Below, in pieces: positions 14,993-25,315 of a stretch of 53,599 bases of DNA. A program made the position numbers and the translations under genes. Numbering within the stretch: position 1 is the stretch's first letter; each line of letters starts with the position of its first letter. The notes under the pieces were generated by a model. That model did no database searches, was not told where the DNA came from, and saw nothing but the letters and a program-made list of their open reading frames with translations. This DNA comes from a virus, in IMG/VR virus record IMGVR_UViG_3300045988_107797, positions 1 through 53,599 of that record; one strand, written 5' to 3'.

Positions 14993-17900
14993 TTAAATAT
15001 CAAATGGTGGTTTGTCATCGGGAATTGCTTTTACATATGGGTCATCTGAAACAAACCATTCAAAGTCGCCATAATCAAAAATAGCAGCAACAGCATCGTT
15101 TGCCATTGTCTCGTAATAGCGATAGTCTATATCGTTTTCTTTTTTATTCGATTTGACCATTTCGGATTCCATCCATCGATAACCTTTGGAACCGCTAACT
15201 GCCGCATAACCTTTTTCGCCGGTTTTCTTGTTTTCGGTTTCGCGCAACAGTATTCCGCCGCCACATCCGGGTTTTATCGGACAGAATTGGCCGACTTTAC
15301 CGATGAAGTGATAGTCGTGACCTTTGGAAATATCAGCGTTCAAAGCTAGAACACGATCGTCAATATCAAACGGCAAATCGCCATTTTCGTCACTGTACTT
15401 CTTGAGAAGAACTGCAACCTCTTTTTCCAGATCACTCACATCAGGCAAATTCTCGTTCATATCCAAATATAAAGCGGAGCTTACGGATTTTGTTTCGCAA
15501 AGATCGTCAAGTGTAATATCTTCATGTGTGAATAGTTTCTTAAAGACATACGGTACTTGGAATTGCGTACCAGTGGCTGTCCATTCACCGCCATGCTTCT
15601 TACAATCCTTGAGGATATCTTTGGCTTCATTGACATATTCTTCCCCATATAGCTCGCAGCAATGATCGATGGTGGCGTACTTAGCAATATAAACGGCGTC
15701 ATTAACGAGACACATACGGTCGTAAGTAGCCTCATGCTCAAAGTTATATCCATATTGCCGTCCGTACTTAGTTATAAAATCGATTATTTCCGGAGTAGCA
15801 TCGGGTATCTTTATCGAATCTGTCTTTATATGCGCCACAGTGAAGCCCTTCGACTGAACAACGTGCTTTAGGTTTATCATAAAGAGAGCTCCACGCTTAG
15901 CGACAATATTATCCCGATTGCGAACATCACGAAAAGGATTATCAAACGTTGCTGAAGTCAAACCATAAACAGAATTGATAGCAATTTTCAAAGCCTGAGC
16001 CAAATCTGCTGCTGCGGTCTCATCCGTTAAGTATTTAGCCAAAGCTCCATCCAGCATTTTCTTCGCTTTGTCGAAGTCCTTATGCTTAATAGCTATACGA
16101 GCGTCGAGAATTTCTTTGAATCGTTTGGTATAAACCGGACCGAAAAGCTCTTCCGCGACTATACTGCTCGGATGCATTGAGGCAATATCCAGTAATGCAA
16201 TATTTCCGTACATACCAGGTTCGGAATATACGTAACCACCTTCGCCAACTTCCTCTCCTCGATAAGTGGAAATACCATTGTCGTAGACATATCCAGGAAA
16301 TACAGGTTTTAAATTCTCATCGAAAAGTGTGTATTCATCACCAAAACTATCAAATATACATCCATCAGGAGAAACAGTCACAGGAGAAGTTTCCTTTGTA
16401 ACCAAGCCCATATCCCGATATTCAAATTGATCCTGAGGTTTACGATTATCGCCAAATATAATTCTTGTGGTAAGTGAGTTGGTTGTGTCATTAACAGACA
16501 TACCAGCCACATCCGCCAAGACTTTTCGAGCTATGAAATCCGCTTGACGGTTATCGAATACCGCTTCGGTTGCTATAACGTCATTGTCACAATATTCAGC
16601 AACTTTGGTCCACATCTCTTTCGGGACAGGTTGATCCCAAGGCAAACCAAGTTCTTGATGATGTATTCCGAGCTCGATTTCCCACTTTTTAAGTGATTGC
16701 TTTTTAGAACAGAAATCGTAGACATCGGTATACGATACGTTATAAGCCTCACCAAAAAATGCGTCCCGATTTCCGGTTATTATCTTTTGCGACAAAGAAT
16801 ATAATTGCTCGTTTGTATAACCCATAAGTCGAGCATACAATATATGATTGTCGTAACGTCGGCAATTGAATCCGACAAGATTGAAGCGCATTAGATCTTC
16901 AATTTCAATAGGTGTTGGATTGATCATACGTACGACCGGTTTTCCATCACCCTGAAATTTCCAATTGACTAAAAATAGATTTGGGAAAACTTCAACATCA
17001 TAAAAAACAAGCCGAACATCTTCACTTTTCGAGGGCTTAGAAATATCATCCGATTTGAACCGCATCTTTTTAACCAATTTGACGCAGTATTCCGCTTGGT
17101 TCGTACTGCTCATAGCAAAGTTGAGTATCGAATTGCGCATATCGGAAATATCATATTGCAATCCATTAGAATAAGCATCCTCAAGCCCTTTATATATGAA
17201 GTCGATACTCGGTTTGGTGTTGGCATGATATTCCTTGTTCAGATTTCGTTTAATAAATGTTCTTAAAGCCTTCTCGTTCTTAATGCCCTCAAAATTTACC
17301 ATCTTATTTTCTCCTTTCATTGGTAAACCTGAGCTTATTTGTGCTATAGGTAGATTATTGCATTTAGTCAATTTACGTCTAAGAGAGCTTTTACCCGTAA
17401 AGACTTTGACCTCGATATGATCATCATAGAATCGGCTAAGTTTCTTGGAATCACCAGTATAAATATAATGCAAGTGAATTCCCTTACCGCTTTTACTCAA
17501 TTCCGCATATGTTGCTGGCCATTTGCTCGCAGCAGCCAGATTAGCTTCGAATGATTTTTCTCCACTTTCATCTGGGATATCAAAGTCGATTACGATATGA
17601 TTTTCGGGAAGCTTTACATAATGCACCTTGGTCGTTGAAATATCTTTAAGTGTTGTAGTCACATCATCCCAAGGTTTACTTGGAGTTTCCTTAGATGTTG
17701 CATATTGTGCCGGACAATTCGAACATACCTCGTCGAAAATAGACTTTTGAGATTTAAACTCAATAGTTGAAATATCAGGCTCACATTTGGTAGTAAGTTT
17801 GACGTCTTCAAACTTGTCTGTCCGGAAACCCGAATAGTAACTACGAGATCTTGTACCATCGTCCATTGTAAAACGTTCCTTATAATCTCGGAAATAATTC

Positions 17901-19105
17901 TTAAGCTCTTCCTTAAACACCCTTTGACTTAATGGATAAGCTACCTTAGCTTCATCGCAATAAGTGTTATACATTTTCCAAGCGGCTTTTAGCGTAGTAC
18001 CATCTTCGTTCTTAAAAACGTAATAAGAGTCTAAAATATAATTGTAGAAATCGTTAGACGCACCAAGCATTGCTAATGGTATATAAGTATCATACGCTCC
18101 AGGGTTCTCCTTATAAACCTCCAGACAATGATATGCTATACCACCCAGCTCAAATTTAATGCGATCTACAGTAGTCTTATACTCTTTGCTATTAAGCTTA
18201 TTGCCAGTTGGGGATACATCAATCAGACGTCTAATAAGACCCGATTTTGCGTCCGTAATTTTTACAGGCTTATTCGTACCCATGAATAGTAAACATTTAA
18301 AGCGATTGGCGTAAGTGGATTTGAATTTCTCATTAACTGTCATAAGCTCATGTGAAACCAAGCTGTTAAGTCGTGTATTGTCTTCAATTCGAGACAAATC
18401 GCCGTCGTGTTGAATAGCCACTAGCGGATTAGACTTAAATGCTTCCAGAGCAAATGAGTTACTTGACGAGCCAAGAGCTTTCGCATCAAAAACTGAATAA
18501 TATCCTTCGAATAACTGCTGAATAATATTTAGAACGGTCGATTTACCAGTTCCGGCAGCACCATAAAGAACTAAAAATTTTTGAAGTTTCTTACTATCTC
18601 CAGATACGATTGAGCCAATAGCCCATTCTATCTTATGTCGTTCTTCGTCTGAATAAAGAGTAGACATTAACTTGTCATACGCTGAAATATCACCCGCTTC
18701 AAGAGGATAATTAAGTTTTTTACTCGCGTAATCAGTTTTTTTCAATTCAGTATTCGAGAATATCAACTCTTCGTCCAACATGTGATAGTTGTCACGCATT
18801 TGCTTTTGACAATATTTATGCCATGAATCTATCATTCCAGATTCGGCATCCCACATATGAAGGACCTTTATGTTTGAATCAAACTTTTGCCGATTTTCCT
18901 CGGCATATCTATCCAGTTCGCGATCTATGAGTTGCAGTGCGTCCTGCTCCTCAGTGGACCATAAACCGCGTTCCTCAACCCAGATGGCATAAAAATCGCC
19001 ACCGCGAATCATAAGATCGGAGCTTTTACAGACAATAAACTTCGGATAGATTTCGATTACTCCACGCCTTGTACTACGTGTTGAAATCATTAAGAAGTCC
19101 ATCAT
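14993..19105 (-). CDS. SF3 helicase / AEP primase-polymerase / family-B DNA polymerase triple fusion
   Basis: 1370 aa. SF3 helicase: Walker [10 protein letters not shown], Walker B IQHDGD, FMGTN. AEP primase: [17 protein letters not shown]. PolB: Exo[10 protein letters not shown], Exo[13 protein letters not shown], ExoIII YCDNDV, motif [10 protein letters not shown], motif [10 protein letters not shown], motif C HIKTDSI. Confidence 0.8.
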   Translation of the reverse strand: MMDFLMISTRSTRRGVIEIYPKFIVCKSSDLMIRGGDFYAIWVEERGLWSTEEQDALQLIDRELDRYAEENRQKFDSNIKVLHMWDAESGMIDSWHKYCQKQMRDNYHMLDEELIFSNTELKKTDYASKKLNYPLEAGDISAYDKLMSTLYSDEERHKIEWAIGSIVSGDSKKLQKFLVLYGAAGTGKSTVLNIIQQLFEGYYSVFDAKALGSSSNSFALEAFKSNPLVAIQHDGDLSRIEDNTRLNSLVSHELMTVNEKFKSTYANRFKCLLFMGTNKPVKITDAKSGLIRRLIDVSPTGNKLNSKEYKTTVDRIKFELGGIAYHCLEVYKENPGAYDTYIPLAMLGASNDFYNYILDSYYVFKNEDGTTLKAAWKMYNTYCDEAKVAYPLSQRVFKEELKNYFRDYKERFTMDDGTRSRSYYSGFRTDKFEDVKLTTKCEPDISTIEFKSQKSIFDEVCSNCPAQYATSKETPSKPWDDVTTTLKDISTTKVHYVKLPENHIVIDFDIPDESGEKSFEANLAAASKWPATYAELSKSGKGIHLHYIYTGDSKKLSRFYDDHIEVKVFTGKSSLRRKLTKCNNLPIAQISSGLPMKGENKMVNFEGIKNEKALRTFIKRNLNKEYHANTKPSIDFIYKGLEDAYSNGLQYDISDMRNSILNFAMSSTNQAEYCVKLVKKMRFKSDDISKPSKSEDVRLVFYDVEVFPNLFLVNWKFQGDGKPVVRMINPTPIEIEDLMRFNLVGFNCRRYDNHILYARLMGYTNEQLYSLSQKIITGNRDAFFGEAYNVSYTDVYDFCSKKQSLKKWEIELGIHHQELGLPWDQPVPKEMWTKVAEYCDNDVIATEAVFDNRQADFIARKVLADVAGMSVNDTTNSLTTRIIFGDNRKPQDQFEYRDMGLVTKETSPVTVSPDGCIFDSFGDEYTLFDENLKPVFPGYVYDNGISTYRGEEVGEGGYVYSEPGMYGNIALLDIASMHPSSIVAEELFGPVYTKRFKEILDARIAIKHKDFDKAKKMLDGALAKYLTDETAAADLAQALKIAINSVYGLTSATFDNPFRDVRNRDNIVAKRGALFMINLKHVVQSKGFTVAHIKTDSIKIPDATPEIIDFITKYGRQYGYNFEHEATYDRMCLVNDAVYIAKYATIDHCCELYGEEYVNEAKDILKDCKKHGGEWTATGTQFQVPYVFKKLFTHEDITLDDLCETKSVSSALYLDMNENLPDVSDLEKEVAVLLKKYSDENGDLPFDIDDRVLALNADISKGHDYHFIGKVGQFCPIKPGCGGGILLRETENKKTGEKGYAAVSGSKGYRWMESEMVKSNKKENDIDYRYYETMANDAVAAIFDYGDFEWFVSDDPYVKAIPDDKPPFDI

Positions 19106-19110
19106 TCATG

Positions 19111-19320
19111 TTATCCTCCTCTCTTATTTGAAATATAATTATTAATCGTCTCTAAGCTCCAATTTGATGGACTAGCAAATGTAAATATCAATTCCTCTTT
19201 ATTGAGAAGTTCGATTATTATAGCATTCGGTCCTTTCGGAAACCACTGACTGATTAGGTTCGAAAATTGAGGAAACCTAGCGATTAATTGGTCAAATATC
19301 ATTTGTTGAGTCATGGCCAC
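19111..19320 (-). CDS. Hypothetical protein (69 aa)
   Basis: ORF track. Confidence 0.5.
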   Translation of the reverse strand: MAMTQQMIFDQLIARFPQFSNLISQWFPKGPNAIIIELLNKEELIFTFASPSNWSLETINNYISNKRGG

Positions 19321-19321
19321 C

Positions 19322-19873
19322 TCAATTATTTAAATCTGTTAAATACCAGCATAGCTGATACCATATTTCGGTTGATCGCATGTCACAATGGTTTCGATTC
19401 GTTTTAAATAAACCACCTTCGCCATTTGGAGCGTATTCTCGTTCAAGAAAACGAGTTATAACATAGTTTATATAATCCGCATCAAAATTCCTATCATCCA
19501 TCGACATCAATCCGAGATTTTCTATCATACTCCAGAACCATTGGCCTGTTCTATCTCCAATATCTGGATCGTCCATGATTTGTTCTTCACAACGAAAAGC
19601 CAGTGCGACCATCATTTCAAGGACTGATACATTATTATCATCCAGGTGTTCCTTTATGAGTGCGTGCGAATAACCGCATTCATATCCGAATCTATATCGA
19701 AGATCTATCCCATCTTGGGCTCGATTCCTATCTCTTGGCAAAATATAATAGAAATCCTTCTCAAAAAGTGCCATCAAAAGCTTACGATAGGATAGATTCT
19801 TCGTATAGTATTTGTCATGGACGAGCTGATACATCCAGTCAAAATATTCGTTGCACAGCTCATCGTCTATCAT
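19322..19873 (-). CDS. Hypothetical protein (183 aa)
   Basis: ORF track. Confidence 0.6.
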   Translation of the reverse strand: MIDDELCNEYFDWMYQLVHDKYYTKNLSYRKLLMALFEKDFYYILPRDRNRAQDGIDLRYRFGYECGYSHALIKEHLDDNNVSVLEMMVALAFRCEEQIMDDPDIGDRTGQWFWSMIENLGLMSMDDRNFDADYINYVITRFLEREYAPNGEGGLFKTNRNHCDMRSTEIWYQLCWYLTDLNN

Positions 19874-19878
19874 CTATA

Positions 19879-20496
19879 CTAATTCACCTCCGTTGTATCA
19901 TGGTAAAGCCTACGAGACAAAAGAATCTCGTATTCGCACTTGTAATTTTCATTACGAATATGCAGTGCGTCATCCTCGTACTCACCCATATGGTTTAGAT
20001 TTTCCAAACCTACCACGTCATCAACATTTTCGACGATATGATCATCTTCATCGGTTAAAACACCATCAATATAATAGTTCAAATTGACTATGGTGTATTC
20101 GTCATCTATGGCGAAATCTTCAGGCGAAATAATATAAGGAGGCTGATATGATGGATCGTTTAGTATTACCGGATCCAAAGATTCTTCATTATCTTTCTGT
20201 ACTACTGCATCGATCATATCTCCAGTAGCTTTAACAAGGCTCTTGGGATTAGTATAGTCGATATAACCATTCTTCGTCAGTTTCGCAGCGTACGCTATCA
20301 AATCGGGCTTTTCGTTAGTTTCTGTAGCACCATTCGAATCAACAGTTACTTCTTCCGACTCTTTCTTTTTACGATAATGCTCCCTTACCTCATTTATCTC
20401 TTCCTGCGTTTGACGTATGTACTTCTCTTTAAGCAGCCTCCAAGTCACGAATGACCCTACTGCCACACCGCCTATAAATATAATTGCTTTGTGCAT
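19879..20496 (-). CDS. N-terminally membrane-anchored acidic protein (205 aa)
   Basis: MHKAIIFIGGVAVGSFVTWRLL is a TM helix, followed by an acidic soluble part. Confidence 0.6.
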   Translation of the reverse strand: MHKAIIFIGGVAVGSFVTWRLLKEKYIRQTQEEINEVREHYRKKKESEEVTVDSNGATETNEKPDLIAYAAKLTKNGYIDYTNPKSLVKATGDMIDAVVQKDNEESLDPVILNDPSYQPPYIISPEDFAIDDEYTIVNLNYYIDGVLTDEDDHIVENVDDVVGLENLNHMGEYEDDALHIRNENYKCEYEILLSRRLYHDTTEVN

Positions 20497-20605
20497 TTTT
20501 TCTCCTCTGTACGGATCTTCATAATGGTTAAAGCCAAATCCAAAATATCATCAATTTGGACAATTATTCCATTAATCAGATCCGTAGTCTTACTTCCTAC
20601 TTGTT

Positions 20606-21541
20606 TTAGTGTTTTGGATTGATTTTGTCCCACATTACTCCATCAACATTAAAGTCAAGAAGAATGGCGGGTTCGATACCATTTACAAAATCTCTAGATA
20701 CTGCCCTATAAAGATCGTAAATACCGAAAGAAACACGACAATCCGCGTTCTGGTCCTCTGGATCATAAATCCAACCAACTACTTGACCTATACTACATTT
20801 AGGAATTCCAAGGCTCTCGTAAACATCGTTCAAGAAAAGATAGCCATCTGCACGAAGCCTCTGATTAGCATAGTTTTCCTGAGCACGGAGGAACATCAAA
20901 TTATAATCCGGATTCTTCTCCCAATTCGGATTAGTTTCGTCAAAGAAGCGAGCGTATACACTGTTCTTTTCATTTTCTACGACCGGAACTACAGTCTTGG
21001 TTTTCTTAGTTTTTCCGTTTTCGTCTACAACGGTCTCTTCTATCTTCTGAGCCTTAATGCCATATTTCAATTCATGATCCACAGTTTCGCCATAACGTTC
21101 AGTAAGGCGTTCACGATAACCCTTAAAGCTCTTATCGAGAGCCGCATATGCAGTTGCAAGTGCAATATTCCGCTTACGAAGAATATTGTTCGACGTCAGA
21201 ATCCCAGTTATTGACAGACCGCCAAGAAGAACCGCCGGGCCATACAGCTTAGCAAATTTCAATGCTGTCTGAGCATAAACTATTGTAAGATCCTTTTTCA
21301 TATCGCTCTCGGTATACTCATCAGCGTACTTCTCATCTTTAGCTACCGTATGTATTTTTTCAACATCCTCTTTATGCTGCTCCAAAATATCATTCACCTT
21401 GGTGGTTGCCTTGCAGGCCATTACGGCGCTTACAACGGTGCCTATAACTCCAGCCACTACAAGAATCTCGGGGCTATACTGACGCAACTGAAAGCCGGTC
21501 TTCTTAACAAAACTAGCTGCTTTAGTACTAATGTTACTCAT
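20606..21541 (-). CDS. Two-TM membrane protein, paralog family member 1 (DUF6353-like, from memory)
   Basis: 311 aa. PEILVVAGVIGTVVSAVMACKATTKV...second TM...YGETVDHE...LGIPKCSIGQVVGWIYD. It aligns by eye with 22604..23371 and 24172..24951. Confidence 0.65.
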   Translation of the reverse strand: MSNISTKAASFVKKTGFQLRQYSPEILVVAGVIGTVVSAVMACKATTKVNDILEQHKEDVEKIHTVAKDEKYADEYTESDMKKDLTIVYAQTALKFAKLYGPAVLLGGLSITGILTSNNILRKRNIALATAYAALDKSFKGYRERLTERYGETVDHELKYGIKAQKIEETVVDENGKTKKTKTVVPVVENEKNSVYARFFDETNPNWEKNPDYNLMFLRAQENYANQRLRADGYLFLNDVYESLGIPKCSIGQVVGWIYDPEDQNADCRVSFGIYDLYRAVSRDFVNGIEPAILLDFNVDGVMWDKINPKH

Positions 21542-21554
21542 TCTTTTCTCCTTC

Positions 21555-22184
21555 TTAATCTAATGGAATTGCTTTGGGCATTCTTAAAATATAACCATCA
21601 CGGGTACGCTCGATATATGCTTGACTAATATCAGTCCAACCGTATTTATTATCGGTATAGCGTCCTGTAATACCTACCAATTCATTAAGATCAGCTATGC
21701 TAACCGATGGATAGCGATTTAGCAGATCGTCTAATGTTGACAATACCTCGTCGGCGTCTCCACGATCTTCGAATTTCAAGTCATCAAAGATGTATCGTGA
21801 CGCACTACGAACGTAATTAGGTTCCCTGCGATCATTCGGTCTATCGTAATAACTACTATATGAAACCTGCGATACTCGTTTATTATTTGTTTTTCTATTT
21901 CTTGACGTCTCACCGTAAAGCATCATGTTTACGCTATCCGATATGACAGCTTTAAACGCCGGAAGTAATACCTCGGTCCAAATATAAGATTTGACAGTAT
22001 GCAAATCTTCTTTTACAAATGTCTCAGCGAATTTTTGAATATCGTTTTTCTTCTTTACACTGACATTGCCTGTTACGATACGCCCCAAGTTTTTTTCTGA
22101 TTCTGTTTTCGTTCTCTCCTTATACTTATCAGAATTCGGTTTCAAATCATTTAATATATCCACAGTCGTGTTGTTTTCGGCCAT
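21555..22184 (-). CDS. Hypothetical protein (209 aa)
   Basis: ORF track. Confidence 0.6.
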   Translation of the reverse strand: MAENNTTVDILNDLKPNSDKYKERTKTESEKNLGRIVTGNVSVKKKNDIQKFAETFVKEDLHTVKSYIWTEVLLPAFKAVISDSVNMMLYGETSRNRKTNNKRVSQVSYSSYYDRPNDRREPNYVRSASRYIFDDLKFEDRGDADEVLSTLDDLLNRYPSVSIADLNELVGITGRYTDNKYGWTDISQAYIERTRDGYILRMPKAIPLD

Positions 22185-22204
22185 TCGATTACTCCTATCT
22201 GCTA

Positions 22205-22247
22205 ATAAAAAAAGTAAAGGTGCCTTGTTACAGACACCTATACTTTT
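22205..22247 (-). terminator. Rho-independent terminator
   Basis: Coding strand reads AAAGTAT-AGGTGTC-TGTAACAA-GGCACCT-TTACTTTTTTTATT, after the stop of 22260..22535. Confidence 0.7.
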
Positions 22248-22259
22248 GGGTCACATCAA

Positions 22260-22535
22260 TTACTTGATCTTCTCTTCCCAATCATTGAACTCTTCGAATT
22301 CATCCTCCTTAGATTCTACATAAACGGCCTCTTTAGAAGCTTTCTTTGCTTCGTGCTTCGCCTTGAGTTTAGTCCAGAGCGGTTTGATGGCATACTTATA
22401 TGCTACTACGCCTATAAGTGCTGCCCCAGTAACCACCCCAGCTATCTTAAGGGTCTTACTTCCTCCACAAGTTGCAACCTCTTCAGTGACGTCCATGATG
22501 TCCTCTGCGTTAGTCATGATTTCGTTAGTTTCCAT
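22260..22535 (-). CDS. Small single-TM protein (91 aa)
   Basis: TM helix LKIAGVVTGAALIGVVAYKYAI. It has its own promoter-like block and terminator. Confidence 0.6.
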   Translation of the reverse strand: METNEIMTNAEDIMDVTEEVATCGGSKTLKIAGVVTGAALIGVVAYKYAIKPLWTKLKAKHEAKKASKEAVYVESKEDEFEEFNDWEEKIK

Positions 22536-22572
22536 AATTGTTCTCCTTTCAGATTATAATAAGTTAATGTTT

Positions 22573-22603
22573 CCTTCATAATAGAAAATGTAATTTTCGC
22601 GTA
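22573..22603 (-). promoter_or_regulatory. Copy of the conserved promoter-like block
   Basis: Coding strand reads ACGCGAAAATTACATTTTCTATTATGAAGG (hexamer 22578-22583, CGCG 22598-22601). Confidence 0.55.
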
Positions 22604-23371
22604 CTAACGGCAATATTTATACGTAGGAGATATGTTATAATCTACCGCTATGCACGGAGTTCCATCTTCGGACAGATGAGCGCTAAACCTAAAATTGATA
22701 AGGCCGTCCGCAATATTCCAACCCAAGTCATCTCCAATTTTTATTGGCGGCAGCCCTATTTCGTAGTAAAACTCATTAAGTGAGATGTACATTTCATTGA
22801 CGAGGCGCTTATTTACCTCGTTTTGCACATGCTTGAGTTTTTCGATATCTGATTTGAAATATCTTGATGAAATAGTATCAAAGCAAATCGTATCGCCCTT
22901 AGAGGTTATGATTACTTCGTTAGTTTTAATCGGGTTTTCTTTAATATGATCCTCCGCTATAGCGTCACGAATAATCTCATTCTTCTTTTCTCCGACGATT
23001 TCAACCACTTTTTTTTCATACTTGTTAAGAGCAGCCTCGGTTATGCTCCATGCTGCAGTCAATGCTGCTCTACGCTTAGCATTTTCCGAACTCGCTCCGA
23101 TTAGACAGGCAATAGACATCCCACTAGCTATTACAGATGGTAAATAAGAACGCCATGTGGCTTTGACTGTTTCGATCGGAGTCAATTTATCTTGATTAAG
23201 TTCCTGCTTAGATGCTTCAATCAAACGCAATGCCGTTGGCGTAGCTCTAACAGCCAATATCGTAGATGTAAGCATCCCAGTAATACCAATACCTGTTAAA
23301 ATTTCAGGATAATAGGTATTTAAAACAGTTTTGGCTTTATGCATAAATGCTGCCATTTTAGATGTGCTCAT
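22604..23371 (-). CDS. Two-TM membrane protein, paralog family member 2
   Basis: 255 aa. PEILTGIGITGMLTSTILAVRATPTA...IVGEKKNE...IGLPPIKIGDDLGWNIAD. Confidence 0.65.
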   Translation of the reverse strand: MSTSKMAAFMHKAKTVLNTYYPEILTGIGITGMLTSTILAVRATPTALRLIEASKQELNQDKLTPIETVKATWRSYLPSVIASGMSIACLIGASSENAKRRAALTAAWSITEAALNKYEKKVVEIVGEKKNEIIRDAIAEDHIKENPIKTNEVIITSKGDTICFDTISSRYFKSDIEKLKHVQNEVNKRLVNEMYISLNEFYYEIGLPPIKIGDDLGWNIADGLINFRFSAHLSEDGTPCIAVDYNISPTYKYCR

Positions 23372-23706
23372 TTCATACTCCTTTTTAATGATAACGCTTT
23401 TCTTGACAATAGAATATAAATCTCCTCTGCTGTTTCATAAGCATAAGAAAACACCACGCTTCTTGCTCCATCATTCATGCTATAAAATTCATACATCTCT
23501 TCCTTAAATTGTTTAACTGTTTGAATCGGATCGTCCGTACTACTTTCAAGTCTTTTAATTATCTCGCTTGCTGCACAAGATGAATAAGCTACTTCTTGCA
23601 GATAATAGTGGGGCCATCCGACTTTCGGTTTGGGAATAGTTTTCGAACAATAGCTACGAATGAAATTAATAGCCTGATCAGTTGTCATATTCGTCGTTTT
23701 TTGCAT
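23368..23706 (-). CDS. Hypothetical protein (112 aa)
   Basis: ORF track; ATGA-type coupling to 22604..23371. Confidence 0.55.
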   Translation of the reverse strand: MQKTTNMTTDQAINFIRSYCSKTIPKPKVGWPHYYLQEVAYSSCAASEIIKRLESSTDDPIQTVKQFKEEMYEFYSMNDGARSVVFSYAYETAEEIYILLSRKALSLKRSMK

Positions 23707-23890
23707 CTTCGAGAGCCTGACCGATTAAAGCATAAACTACAGTCTTCTGCTTTTCAGTCAATGTTTCAAAAACATCGCTTACAGTTTTTTCATTTTCTAG
23801 AACCTGACCGATTAAAGCGTAAACTACAGTCTTCTGCTTTTCATTCAATGTTTCAAAAACATCGCGTACAGTTTCTTCATTGCTCGCCAT
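23678..23890 (-). CDS. Small ORF built from two tandem copies of the capsid-gene linker segment
   Basis: 70 aa: MASNEETVRDVFETLNEKQKTVVYALIGQVLENEKTVSDVFETLTEKQKTVVYALIGQALEDAKNDEYDN. It has the same SD (GAGGAAGATAAA-ATG) and near-identical DNA to 38839..38952. Confidence 0.55.
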   Translation of the reverse strand: MASNEETVRDVFETLNEKQKTVVYALIGQVLENEKTVSDVFETLTEKQKTVVYALIGQALEDAKNDEYDN

Positions 23891-23905
23891 TTTATCTTCC
23901 TCTCA
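23702..23905. repeat. Two tandem copies of the ~105-nt segment also present at 38839..38952
   Basis: By-eye alignment: 23702-23790 and 23799-23905 each match 38839/38848-38952 with only a few mismatches. Confidence 0.85.
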
Positions 23906-23924
23906 ACGCCGCTATAAGTACTCC

Positions 23925-23953
23925 AAATAAATAAGAGTCCGTGTTCCGGACCC
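23925..23953 (-). terminator. Probable terminator
   Basis: Coding strand reads GGGTCCG-GAACA-CGGACTC, then TTATTTATTT. Confidence 0.45.
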
Positions 23954-24100
23954 TTACTGTTTGTTCGCGAGTGCTTTAGCAATCTTATCTTCGATTACTC
24001 CATCTAGCTTCTTGTCATTAATACGGTCGATGGCGAAAGTTACTGCCATTCCGATTATGCTAAGAGCTATATTCAAGATTTTAATCGTTTTAATGTTCAT
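23954..24100 (-). CDS. Small membrane protein (48 aa, below the ORF-track cutoff)
   Basis: My own translation is MNIKTIKILNIALSIIGMAVTFAIDRINDKKLDGVIEDKIAKALANKQ. GAAAGGAGG SD. It has its own promoter-like block. Confidence 0.55.
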   Translation of the reverse strand: MNIKTIKILNIALSIIGMAVTFAIDRINDKKLDGVIEDKIAKALANKQ

Positions 24101-24112
24101 AAGCTTTTAGCC

Positions 24113-24146
24113 TCCTTTCATAATATAAAATGTTTATTTCGCGTAA
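24113..24146 (-). promoter_or_regulatory. Copy of the conserved promoter-like block
   Basis: Coding strand reads ACGCGAAATAAACATTTTATATTATGAAAGGAGG (hexamer 24120-24125). Confidence 0.55.
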
Positions 24147-24171
24147 AAACAAAAAGATAATTGTGCGTAAA

Positions 24172-24951
24172 TTATTCCATATCGAGATAATCAGCTGTCG
24201 GAGGAAACGGAAAGTGAATATAAATACACTCTAACCCATCATCCAACGTCACCAATTCGTGATCGAAATCAATCCATGAATAACCATAATAACATTCGCC
24301 AGCTTCAATCGACCATCCGACAGTCTCGCCAAATAAAGTATTTGCGGGATGAAGATCCAAGAACGCATATAGTTCGTTCAGGTTTGCATAACCTCTAAGC
24401 TGGTAATTCCGATTGAAGTGATACTCGGCCAGTAATACCTCTTCTTTTGTACGAGTGAAGAATTCCCCATAATACTCTTCGAAAAACAGGAATTTTTCAT
24501 CGCTTAGCATTAAGCCAGTATTGTCATCGACTTTAGAGCGTATCATAGCACCCCTAACTTCTTTGTCGGCTTCATCGCCATAGAGCTCTCGCATCTTTGA
24601 CTTATACTCTTCATATGAATTACTCAAAATAGTATAAGCTCCGATCAATGCTTCCTTATTATTTCGGCTAATAGCGTCCGAACCTAATATACAGATTATA
24701 GTGCCCATGCATGAAATAGCGGTCGGAATATAACATTTCCAAGCTGATTGTATAGCCTCCAGCTTGGTGTAAGCATACGGGTCGCCATCATGATTAAAAC
24801 GACTATCTGCTTTTATAAGTTCATAGGCTTTTGGTGTAGCACGGATCGCAAGTATTGTCGTTACAATAACCCCTCCGGACCCTATGATCGATAGAATTGT
24901 CGAGTTGTTTCGTTTTACAAAACGTTTAATGTTCGCTATAAACCTTGTCAT
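24172..24951 (-). CDS. Two-TM membrane protein, paralog family member 3
   Basis: 259 aa. STILSIIGSGGVIVTTILAIRATPKA...LYGDEADKE...FGETVGWSIE. Confidence 0.65.
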   Translation of the reverse strand: MTRFIANIKRFVKRNNSTILSIIGSGGVIVTTILAIRATPKAYELIKADSRFNHDGDPYAYTKLEAIQSAWKCYIPTAISCMGTIICILGSDAISRNNKEALIGAYTILSNSYEEYKSKMRELYGDEADKEVRGAMIRSKVDDNTGLMLSDEKFLFFEEYYGEFFTRTKEEVLLAEYHFNRNYQLRGYANLNELYAFLDLHPANTLFGETVGWSIEAGECYYGYSWIDFDHELVTLDDGLECIYIHFPFPPTADYLDME

Positions 24952-24969
24952 CTCATGCTCCTTTCAGAG

Positions 24970-25005
24970 AATCAGAAATTAAGATGCCTTGTTAGACACC
25001 TTAAT
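24970..25005 (-). terminator. Probable terminator (same hairpin family as 22205..22247)
   Basis: Coding strand reads TTAAGGTGTC-TAACAA-GGCATCTTAA, then TTTCTG. Confidence 0.5.
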
Positions 25006-25015
25006 CCTTTCATAA

Positions 25016-25315
25016 TTACTTGGTGGGTTTAAATCTGTTAAACAGTCCTCTAAATGTCGTCGAGGTGTACGCTCCAGTTTCTTCGAACTTAAAGCCTCTG
25101 TTCATCCATATTCCGTAAAATACCAATGGTAAACCAATTCCTAGCAATCCAACTATCAGATCTGTCAAATTCTTGTCTTCCCTATTTTTCAAATCATACA
25201 GCTGACTTAGGTTTTCGGTCGTTTTCGCGTATTTTTCATCATACGGTTCCAACTCGGCTAAATGATCAAAGTCCTTTTCGATCTCACCTTTTAGCTTTTT
25301 TCTTTCTGTGAACAT
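25016..25315 (-). CDS. Small single-TM protein (99 aa)
   Basis: TM helix LIVGLLGIGLPLVFYGIWM. Confidence 0.6.
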   Translation of the reverse strand: MFTERKKLKGEIEKDFDHLAELEPYDEKYAKTTENLSQLYDLKNREDKNLTDLIVGLLGIGLPLVFYGIWMNRGFKFEETGAYTSTTFRGLFNRFKPTK

